A DNA stretch of 63,562 nt, the filler included, from Octopus bimaculoides (taxonomy: Eukaryota): NCBI RefSeq assembly GCF_001194135.2. It is 6 parts of 6 records of this genome, joined end to end, with 100 filler letters (N's around TTAATTAATTAA, not from the genome) between each part and the next. Parts side by side here need not be neighbours in the genome. Positions count along the whole stretch, not along the records: positions 43,417 to 60,300 come from NC_069008.1; 5 more parts are not named here. One strand, written 5' to 3'. The notes below the pieces were generated by a model. The model did no database searches. It saw only the letters and a program-made list of their open reading frames with translations, and was not told the DNA's origin. A program made the position numbers and the translations under genes. Each line of letters opens with the position of its first letter. The stretch's first letter is position 1. Positions 49,729 to 60,300 of the stretch are shown here, in pieces.

Positions 49729-51267
49729 ATGGAAAAAGGTGAAAAATTAAAGGAAGTGAATTTTCCTGATGATAGAGAAAAAGGGAGTAGAAAATTGTCA
49801 TATGACTGTGATGTCTGTAAAAAGTCCTTCTCTCAAAAAGGATATTTGAATAAGCACAAACGTGTTCATACAGTAGAGAAGCCATTTCAATGTGACATCT
49901 GTGGTAAATCATTTTCTATAAGTAGCCAATTAATCAGTCACAGACATAGCCATACAGGAGAGAAGCCATTTCATTGTGGTGTCTGTGGTAAATCATTCTC
50001 TTCATCCAGTGTCTTTGCTACACACAAGCGGATTCATACAGGGGAGAAGCCATTTCACTGTGACGTCTGTGGTAAATCATTCTTTCAAAAACACAACTTG
50101 ACTAGACACAGACGTCTACATACTAGGGAGAAACCATATCCCTGTGATGTCTGTAGTACATCGTTCTCTGACCGAAGTGCATTAAATTATCACAAACGTG
50201 TTCATACAGGGGAGAAGCCATTTCACTGCGACATTTGTGGTAAATCATTCTCTCAAAAATGTGACTTATCTAGACACAAACGTATTCATACTGGAGAGAA
50301 GCCTTATCCCTGTGACGTCTGTGGTACATCATTCTCTGAGCACAGTATTTTAACTACTCACATACGTATTCATACTGGAGAGAAGCCGTATCAATGTAAC
50401 ATCTGTGGTAAATCATTCTCTCAAAGTAGTGTTTTAACTTCTCATAAACGTATTCATACAGGGGAGAAGCCATATCACTGCAACATCTGTGGCAAGTCTT
50501 TTTCTAGAAGTAGTACCTTAACTAAGCACAAACGTATTCACACAGGAGAGACACCATATTTATGTGATATCTGTGGTAAATCATTCTCCCAAAGTGACAG
50601 CTTAGCTACTCACAAGCGTTTTCATACAGGAGAGAAGCCATATGATTGTGATATCTGTGGTGAATCATTTTCTGTAAGTACTTACTTAATCAGTCACAGA
50701 TATAGCCATTCAGGAGAGAAGCCATATCATTGTGGTGTCTGTAGCAAATCATTCTCTTCAGCCAGTGTTTTCACTACACACAAACGTATTCATACAGGGG
50801 AGAAGCCATTTGACTGTGATGTCTGTGGTAAATCTTTCTATCAAAAATATAAATTGACTACACACAAACGTATTCATACAGGAGAGAAGCCATATCCCTG
50901 TGATGTCTGTGGTACATCTTTCTCTGGCCAAAGTGCTTTAAATTCTCACATGCATCTCCATACGGGGGAAAAGCAATTTCACTGTGACGTTTGTGATAAA
51001 TCATTCTCTCAAAAATATAACTTGACTAGACACAAACGTATTCATACCAGGGAAAAGCCCTATCACTGTGATGTCTGTAGTACATCGTTCTCTGACCAGA
51101 GTGCTTTAAATACTCACATACGTGTTCATACAGGGGAGAAGCTATTTCACTGTGACATTTGTGGTAAGTCATTCTCACAAAAAAACAACTTAACTAGACA
51201 CAAACGTATTCATACTGGAGAGAAGCCTTATCCCTGTGATGTCAGAAGTACATCATTCTCTAACTGA
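49729..51267 (+). CDS. Poly-C2H2 zinc-finger protein, about 512 aa, 17 intact fingers plus a broken 18th
   Basis: ATG at 49729 (MEKGEK..., homologous to MEKSEK... of the paralog; the ORF-track start at 49636 is GTG). TGEKP linkers. Ends [16 protein letters not shown] at 52048-52053. Confidence 0.9.
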   Translation: MEKGEKLKEVNFPDDREKGSRKLSYDCDVCKKSFSQKGYLNKHKRVHTVEKPFQCDICGKSFSISSQLISHRHSHTGEKPFHCGVCGKSFSSSSVFATHKRIHTGEKPFHCDVCGKSFFQKHNLTRHRRLHTREKPYPCDVCSTSFSDRSALNYHKRVHTGEKPFHCDICGKSFSQKCDLSRHKRIHTGEKPYPCDVCGTSFSEHSILTTHIRIHTGEKPYQCNICGKSFSQSSVLTSHKRIHTGEKPYHCNICGKSFSRSSTLTKHKRIHTGETPYLCDICGKSFSQSDSLATHKRFHTGEKPYDCDICGESFSVSTYLISHRYSHSGEKPYHCGVCSKSFSSASVFTTHKRIHTGEKPFDCDVCGKSFYQKYKLTTHKRIHTGEKPYPCDVCGTSFSGQSALNSHMHLHTGEKQFHCDVCDKSFSQKYNLTRHKRIHTREKPYHCDVCSTSFSDQSALNTHIRVHTGEKLFHCDICGKSFSQKNNLTRHKRIHTGEKPYPCDVRSTSFSN

Positions 51268-51775
51268 AGTGGTTCAAATTCTCACGTTTTCATACAGGGG
51301 AAAGCGACTTCACCGTGATATCTGTGGTAAACCATTCTCTCAAAAATATAACTTGATTAATCACAAATATGTTCATACTAGGGCGAAATCAAATCCACCC
51401 GCCTTATCACTGTGATATCTGTGGTACATCATTTTGTGGCCAAAGTGCTTTAAATTCTCACAAACATGACCATAGAGGAGAGAAGCCATATTATTGTAAT
51501 ATCTGTGGTAAATTATTCTCTGTTAGTTGTGATTTATCTCAACACAGACATCTCCACACAGGTGAGAAGTGATATCTGTGACAAATTGTTCTATGGATGT
51601 ATATAGTTGCTTGACTAGTCCCAAACGTATTCATAATTCATTCTCTCAAGGTAACCACTTAGCTTTTCACAAACGTTTCCATAGAGGTGAGAAGCCCTAT
51701 CACTGTGATATCTGTGGTAAATTGTTCTCCAGAAGTAGTTGCTTGACTATACACAAACGTATTCACATTATTTTT
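51268..51775 (+). pseudogene. Decayed continuation of the zinc-finger array (about 6 remnant fingers after the stop)
   Basis: Frameshifted finger remnants such as [42 protein letters not shown] and [21 protein letters not shown]. Confidence 0.85.
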
Positions 51776-53389
51776 AATTTGTCATGCATTATCTGACAGC
51801 TTTCAAATTTAAATGGATAGTTTATTTTTAGAATGACATTGTCGGGTAGGCGTAAGAGGCCGAGTCTGGCTAGTTTGATCAAAAAATAATTAGAAAATTT
51901 GGCCCAGATATGACTGATTTAAATTCTAAAGTGTTAACACTAAAAGTGCCAACATTTCCTCCTAAGAATGACCGTGGCAATTATTTTTGACTGTCAATGA
52001 AAATTTGTATGTAATAGAATTCATTTTAAATATAAGCAAATGCAGTGAATAAAGGATTTGAAAATACATTCTTTTAGCATTTATTTGCATGCAAAAATTA
52101 TATTTCTATACACATATCAAATTATGCTCATGATTGCACATTCAATACAGTTCCAGAAATTAATAAGCAAAAGTGGTGATAAACGACCACTTGGTACTTG
52201 TAGTGTTAACTAAACGTGTATCTATTCATATAGATGTATGACTATCAATCAATGTGACCATTCATAAGAACAAGAAGCATTTTGGCCTCCTCGTGAACTG
52301 GTGATAGTGTTGGTGACTAGCGCCAGACACGTTTGTCAAGATGTAATGAATGGAAGCGGAAGTACGTTTGATGAGCATGCATATGAAATGTTGGGTTCAT
52401 ATTTTGTCACAAGGCCAGCAAATTCGGGAGTGGAGTGGAGTGGTGTGTAAATCGATTACATGGACCTCAGTAGTTAACTGGTATTTATTTTATTGAACCC
52501 CCAAAATGGTGAAAAGCAAAGATTACCCTAAAGGATGATAGGCAAAGTGGACCTTGCCGGAATTTCGGAATACATACGCAATTGTGCCTCCTTCAAAGGA
52601 AGACCATCAAGGATGGTCTTCCTTTGACGCATCAAAAAGGCCATGACTAAGAAGGGGTCGAAGTTTCTGAAAAGTTTCAAAAGTTGGCATTGTTTTCTTA
52701 TAATTTTCAGGAAAAAATGAGTCATATTCATATGAAATTTTCTACAACTACCTTCCAGAGGGTTAACATTACGATTATGTCGGAATTTAATAAGAAAAAT
52801 GAAAGAAATTTGGTTGGCATGTATACATACTGAGATACAACTCAACATCTTCGAAATTTCGAGCTTTATTTACAGATATGTGTCAGATTGTATGAGTAAT
52901 GCCCATCGATTTTTTTCATAAGAAAATCAATCATCATAATCAATATCATGTGAAAGGTGTTCAAAACAAATTCCGTTAAGGAATATACATTTTTCGGCAG
53001 GTTATGAGTAAATAAAGCCAAATCGTGTTAATCACTTCACCCCACAGACGGTGAATGAAACATTCCAAACACGGTCACTCTTCGAAACACCAGTGTTGGA
53101 AGGGCGGCTGCTGATGAAGGAAAATGTTCTCTATGTGGCCTGTGTGTTTTCTGTACTCTGATTATTATCTTTTTGTCTACGTTTTGTTTACAACGTCCTG
53201 TACCCAGGTAGATATAGGTATGCACATACATGTACGTATATATGCATATACTCTTATTATTTGTATTTCAAGATAGTAAAGATTGTTTACCAACACAACA
53301 GGACTGCTATGTTATGTTGCCAAATAATCTTTACTACAAAGTACTGTTGCAGAATATCTCACGTTGTGAGATTTTAAACTAGTAATTTT

Positions 53390-53906
53390 GGATCTTTTTT
53401 AAAACGGGGGCCACATTTTTCATTAACGAAACACTTTGAAACTTGGAACANNNNNNNNNNNNNNNNNNNNNNNNNNNNNNNNNNNNNNNNNNNNNNNNNN
53501 NNNNNNNNNNNNNNNNNNNNNNNNNNNNNNNNNNNNNNNNNNNNNNNNNNNNAAGTGCCGACTACATAAACAAACGATTCTGAAACAATTAACCCTAACC
53601 CTAGGGTTAGGGTTAAAGGAAATTTAAAATGAAAAAAACAAATAAAACGAAGGTATGGAGATTAAATACGCTTTACATCGCTTAATCAGCCAAAGGAGTA
53701 AATGTAAACAACTGAATACTTGTCAGTGATTGGTTGAAATTATCGAAATAAGACAATTTTTTACATGAAATAAATTCGAATACAAAAATATTTTTCTGTT
53801 CTATAACACAAAATAGATAAGTATACGAAGTTTGAAAGTCTTTCCGTACCAAAAACACTACGTAAAACATTAATGAAAAATGTGGCCCCCGTTTTAAAAT
53901 AGATCC
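53390..53906. mobile_element. Merlin-like MITE (GG-starting ~37-bp TIRs, 8-bp TSD gtaatttt)
   Basis: TSDs at 53382-53389 and 53907-53914. TIR ggatct..ttaaaacgggg.ccacatttttcattaa. Internal telomere-repeat palindrome at 53589-53616. Confidence 0.8.
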
Positions 53907-53949
53907 GTAATTTTCTAAACTCTTTGATAGACGCAATCTATACCAACTT

Positions 53950-54600
53950 AACCATATTAGTACCTGCATGTACGAGGAGTAAAACGTTGCTCCCTGTGAG
54001 TGAGAGGCGTAAATCGTCGTTCCCTGTGAGCGAGAGGAGGAAATCGTTGTTCCCTGCGAGTGAGAGGAAGAAATAGGTCGTTGTTGTTGATAAATACGTT
54101 AGTAGTTGTCCCTTAGACCGTAAAATTTTAAAATTTCTTGTATCTTGTTGTCTATGTCTTCTTAGTGACCTCCCTTCCACCATACCTTTTAGATAAAATT
54201 CTCTTGGTTGTCTCCCTTTGACCATATTTTTGTTTTTTAGTATCCCTTCTAGAATTTCTTTTTGCACAGTTAACGTCTCAGAACCGCTGTTCTATTGAAG
54301 TTAATAGTTTGCTGTAAAATGTATATTTGTTCAAATTAACTCCTCTTCTGAAGTATTCCTTTCACTTTTGCTTGATTCTACATCTCTTTTTTTTATTTTA
54401 TTGACAATTCAGGCGTATTGTTTGTAATATTTCATTAGAAAATCGTTATAAAATTTCATATTCGATAACTTTCGTTATATAAAAGCTAAAACTAATCTAA
54501 TTTGACAACCAAAAGATTGCTTGCAGCTTCTTTATATATTTATTGTCAATATTTCATCTTATATACAAAATATGACTGTGAGTTTTCGATATTGTTGTTA
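53950..54600 (-). mobile_element. Probable Penelope-like 5' ORF remnant including three 30-bp tandem units (53975-54070)
   Basis: Lys/Arg-rich decayed peptide. A PLE-type terminal repeat lies at 53085-53260. Family assignment is weak. Confidence 0.35.
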
Positions 54601-54899
54601 CATCCGTTCTCAGTCTAACCTTCAAGTCATTGAATGAACAGAATTTCGTGAATAAGTAATTATTGAAAATTGTTGTCAGAAAGATTAATAAGAATCATAA
54701 TGATATCTCTGTGATTGACGATGTGATCGTATCAAATATTAATATGTACACACACACACATATATGTATGTGTATGTGTATATTTCTGTTTATACATGTG
54801 TGTATATATATATGTATATATGTGTGTATGGGGACATGCACACATATGGGTATATTTGTATAGGCATGGGTACGTATGTGCATATGTGTAAATGTGGAC

Positions 54900-54954
<55 letters not shown>

Positions 54955-55599
54955 CACATATATGTATGTATGTATATGTGTGTATATGTATTTATGTATG
55001 CATGTATGTTTTCACACATTTATATGTATGTGTTGTCCAATTTTCTAACGGAGAAATGAATGGCGTCATAACCTTATCCATCTATTGTTTTCATACTCGG
55101 TCATAATGTCTTACGTTTAAGATGATTCCCATGCATTCCCTGCAGAGAAGGTTACAATTTTAATATCAAATATCCCTATGGATCACACAGGTTGTAATCC
55201 TTTGAAACATATGTAGGAATAAAGTATGCAATTATAACATGTGTTTTCTCCATTCCTTAAATTTTTAAATATATATATATATATATAGCTGAATGTATAT
55301 GTGTGTATGTTTGTTTGTACGTACATGTATGTATGTATATGTGCAGTATTTGGAGTGAGTGCACGTAGATTTGTATATTTTGTTTTATGTATGTATACTC
55401 ATACATACATTTATATGTCTAGACACGCGCATATATACTTAAATGATAAACTTTGGAAAAGTTCAACAATTTCAGTGATTCCTTAGATCTGTAGTCTTCG
55501 AATGAACTTTCTTCTTTCTGGAATTGAGAATTCTAATTTCAGAAGATGGGTAATTAAGCTGCACACACACACATACCCATATATTGTCCGCATGGAATT

Positions 55600-55990
55600 T
55601 CAATCCCAGAGCCTAAATCAGTGAGGGACCTGGATAACGACATGAGTGATGACACCTCTTTCCAAGTGCACATTACCAGGATGGTGACAAAGTGCAGACG
55701 ACTGGCTGGATGGATCCTGAGAACATTCAGAACTAGAAATAAGGAAACCATGATGGTCCTCTAGAGGACATTCATTCTCAGCCACCTGGATTACTGCTTC
55801 CAGCTGTGGTCACCCAACGGTGTGAAATTAACAGCGGACTTTGCAGCAATCCAGAGAAGATCGACCTCTTCCTGTCGAGTGTCCCAGATGAACCTACCTC
55901 GCGGCAAGAGGTGAAAATGAGGGTAGCTACATCAAACTCCATTCTTCACCAAGCGCCACATATTGGAGGAGGCTCTCAGTAATAACAGTG
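55600..55990 (+). mobile_element. CR1-clade LINE RT C-terminal fragment with internal deletion
   Basis: SVRDL..MSDD.SF..HI.RMVTKCRRLAGWILRTFRTRNKETMMVL*RTFILSHLDYC.QLWSP...IQR, then FLSSVPDEP...SNSILHQ. Confidence 0.8.
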
Positions 55991-56541
55991 TAGCAAAACG
56001 GCGGTGCATTAGCATGGCCACAGCTCTGACCTGAAACTACAGAAAATATATCGATATTCCTCCCTGTGCCTGTGAAATCTTGTATCCCAGTGTGTGAATC
56101 TGAGAGGGGAATATGTTGAATAAAATCATATTTAACTGATCCTCCTGTATTTTCTTTGATGCAAAGCCAGGAAGTTTTCAGCCCCACCTCATATGTACGT
56201 ATGAATCGAGGGTGACTATCGCATGGTAACTAGAACTGTTGAATTATAGCAGCCAAATCTCCCTCAAATCACAGCCTACTGTCTATTTGTATGTACATGT
56301 GTATGAACCAATAACAGAAACCTCAACATGTAGCAAGACATGGTAGAAATAGCAGGCAAGTCTCCCTCAAATCATACCCTCTGTGTTTATGGACATACAT
56401 GTATACGTATAAGCCAACAAGGGAGACATCTACAAGGTTGCTAGACCAGCTGGAAATGGCAGGCAAATCTCTCTCAGATGACACATTAATGTTTTATGCA
56501 TGAACAAATGAAGAAGACTTTCACACACACACACATATTGA

Positions 56542-56991
56542 GGTACTACTAAAGCAGCGTGGTCCCTAACTTGCAGTTGCGCGTCCCCGCTAGCTAGTCG
56601 TGAGTGGTCGATCCTACAAAAAGTGCGCGCGCGCGCAAATGAATACTTGGTTGGGGTAATCTTCAAGTTTAGGGGGGTAAAAAAGTAAAAAAAAAATATT
56701 CAAGGAAAATAACTGAACGACTTACCAGTATTATCCGTTTTCTTCTAGCTGTTTATAAATAAATCACACCCTAACCCTAACGTCAATCAAATCACGTGTG
56801 TGATTTATTTATAAACAGAGATGTACGGAGAATACTGGTAAGACGTTCAGTTACTTCCCTTGAATATTTTTATTTATTTTTTACCCCCCTAAACTTGAAG
56901 ATTACCGGGTTAGGGTTAGGATCTACCACTCACGACTAGCTAGCGCGGACGCGTGACTGCGCGTTCGAGACCACGCTGCTTTAGTAGTACC
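56542..56991. mobile_element. Merlin-like fold-back MITE, 450 bp, perfect 8-bp TSD catattga
   Basis: TSDs at 56534-56541 and 56992-56999. TIR GGTACTACTAAAGCAGCGTGGTC. Inverted arms extend over most of the element, with internal (CCCTAA)2 and (TTAGGG)2. Confidence 0.85.
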
Positions 56992-57126
56992 CATATTGAA
57001 AGAGAATGTATGAATTGAAGACTATTACATCGACATTTGTTGGTGAGTAGAATGCAGTGTAAATGATGCAGGTTGAACAACAAGAACAATAACAGAAACA
57101 AAGTAGTGTAATATTTACGGACAAAT

Positions 57127-59792
57127 TTATTTTTCATAATGAAAGAAAGCAAAAGATTGACGTCCTATGGTAATTCCAAAAACCATGAAAGAATTTTCTG
57201 AAACATCAAAACCAAGAACTGCGAAAACATCATTATCATCATGAGGTAGGAGTAAATATTCTTCAATATTTTCAGATGCTAGGTGTTCAATATGTCCAGG
57301 TATTTGGTAAATATTGCTATATTTGTCTGTTATATAAACACAGTCACCATGTGTGGTTAGATAAGGTCTGTAAATATTATGTTCAATATCTGCTGATAGT
57401 TTCATTCTCCTGATCAAATGTTCCCTATACCAATAGACAACATACTGATAGTCAGCATTCATATCTGCTGGGTCCATCATTTCCCAATTCACAGCAACAA
57501 TATCACCATCAGATGACGCTACTACATCACAAAATATCATCTCCAATTCCACCTCTACGTTCACCTCTCTAGAACAAATTTCTCGATTGTATTTACACGT
57601 CTCACCGTTGATATCAACTAAATCTATATAGGTATGATAGTATCTTCCAGCCTCAGTTACGGCTCTAATATAATGACCACCACACACAAGTTGATTGTTG
57701 TTGTATTTATAAATACTGTTGTAGTATTTGCCTGTGTTGATGGTTTTTAAACGACGGAGATCTTTGTTGAAGAACATCAGTTGTTTACCAAAGACGATTA
57801 TGAAACATTGATCTGTCCACCGACAAATGTCTAGTGGTTGTTGTTGTGGTAGTTGTTTGTGTTGAAGTATGTCACCTGTTGTTGTGTTGATTAATGTGAC
57901 AGTGTCTCTAAACATCAACACACTGACATTGCCATCCAACTTAATTAGTCTACTGTTATAATCTCTATTGTCCACATATTCATAACAAACAGGTTCCTCG
58001 AATGCAGGAATGGAAAAAGGGACCATTGCTGTTCTATATGGAAGTCTCCTCACTGATATTTCATCAGTTCCTGGCATACTCTCCGCTATGTAATTACCAC
58101 ATCTCACCTTTAATCTACCTTTACTAATTATTTCACATGATTCACCTCTTCTTCCTCTCTCCCCATCTTCTCTACTGTATTTCAGTTCATTAATTAATTC
58201 ATTACTGAATATTTCCTTGTTCATCTGAGATGTAATGGAAGGGAAACAAAGACCAGAATCAAGATTTAATAACGACACAGATTCCAGAACCTTCACTTGG
58301 TCCCCATCAATCTTTATGCAATGACATTCAATCAATTCAATATGTTGACACCAGTAAATACCCCCCACTTTTCTCCATATTACACCATAAGGGACGAGAC
58401 TTTCCCAAACGTTATGATTCACCAAATCTTGTTTCAGTTGAAATATTTCTTGTCTGTTTGGAAGTGTGACCATTATCTCTCTTTCGCCTGTAAAACACAC
58501 ACCACCAACTAAACTTGCCACATTTCTGTGACATAGCAGCTCCCCATCTTCATCAAATATTTTAACATTTCCATTATTGGCTTTTTCACACACAACTGTC
58601 TTTCCTTCATCAGAAATATCAAAATCTTTTACTTGAACAGCAAATTCTTCTGTTTGTAAACGACAAACAGGGAATCTTTCCCGATTAACATTAAACAAAC
58701 CTTCAACATACAATTTATTTCTGTGACTTCCAATAAACCTTGGTCCTTTACTGTCTATACTGGAGAAATTTACTTCACCTTTATAAATTCTTTCATTTAA
58801 AAATATTCTGTTATATTCACCAGTGTATGTCAAGCACGTAATGGTTTCTAACAAACAGTAAACATCATATCTTTCCCGCCATCCATTAATATACACATAA
58901 CTGTCATCAATTGTCATGGGCTTGTGGTTACAGTTATATTCCTTGTAGTGTCTAACTGAATATAAATACTGACCATCACTACTGAGGAAATTGATGAATT
59001 TGTCATTGCTGACAACGATAACATCATTAGCAGTCACTGTTATATTGCATATGCCATCGACATAATCAATGACTTCACCACCTCTTGTTAATAATGTCTC
59101 AGGTATGTCTATTTGTTTTATTATATTCACAGTCGAATGAACCTCATCAAAATCAATGACATACAAAGTACGTTCATCTCCATCCCAACTACATAATAGT
59201 AGATTGTCCGAAAAAGAAGTAATATACTTATATTTATCTCTCGTTTGGTAAATTACCAACGACAATGGAAATTTGACTTTTAATGTCAACAATCGGTATT
59301 TATCATCCTCAGTCGTAATAACCAGTGTGTTTGAGTGCCATCGACACATATCGATAGGAGAAACATTCAATTTGATAGAGTCCAGGAGTTGACCATCAAA
59401 TGTGAATATCTTAACATTTTCATTTTTCCTATCATATCCTGCAATCAGGTTATTTTCTGTAACAACCAAACGATCAATCTTCACTCGCAATTTGTCTCCC
59501 AAATGTTGAGGGAGATGAATATGTCTGGCTTTATCAGAAACTGTCAGATCCTGTAGATATAAAGATGATGACAACATTTCACTGACAGAAATGTTTCTGG
59601 AAAATACATCTACTTGGTCGATAAAAACATCAACTTGGTTGTTTTTAACCAGATCTCTCAACACCAAATTATGATCATTTATGGCAAACATACGAGTGTT
59701 GTCTATCAGATAGATAAACATTTTATCTATACAACCACCATAGAGATTGGGGGGAGGTTTCATTTGGGATAGTAAAACACTGTGGACCATCT

Positions 59793-59833
<41 letters not shown>

Positions 59834-60300
59834 TCACTACCGCTACTACTATCACTACCACTACTACTATCACTACCACTACTACTTCTACGACGACGAT
59901 GTCTACCATCATGACCACCATCACCAACACTAGTGCAGCATTGAAATACTCTTCTCTTAGTAACAATTAATAGCTTTTGTGTTTCATTTTCTATTGCTAA
60001 TGCTTTCACTAGAAAAGGGATATTAATTGTCTTAATTGTTTCAACTTGATTATAATTTTTCTTAATGGCTAAAATATCTAAATGTGATGGTTTATCACAA
60101 TAACAAACAATTTCACCTTCACCCATCTTACACACCCGTACATAAGGCTGCCCTAATGATACACTTCTCACTGTCTTTGATAGGTTTCCGATGACCCTTA
60201 ATTGTTTCTGTAGGGGTAATGTGACACCTATATGATTAGAATCCCATCGACATATATCCGTAGCTGTAGACGGCAGAGATAATCTCGACACAATGTCTCC
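57127..60300 (-). CDS. Uninterrupted ORF >=1054 aa: tandem NHL-like/beta-propeller repeat protein, 5' end missing in a gap
   Basis: 3.17 kb without a stop in AT-rich DNA. The frame stays open to the gap at 60301 (GDIVSRL...; the track start is GTG). Recurrent blade motifs DICRWDSNHIGVT, DMCRWHSNTLVIT, GVCFTGEREIMVT and DICRWTDQCFIIV, plus YD..NENVKIFTFDGQLL and CE..NGNVKIFDEDGELL. Confidence 0.85.

Noticed and set aside
53082-53125. GAAAC ... CTGATGA as a type II hammerhead (also about 7590-7625 minus)
   Set aside because: Stem I cannot be formed and stem II is at most 3 bp.
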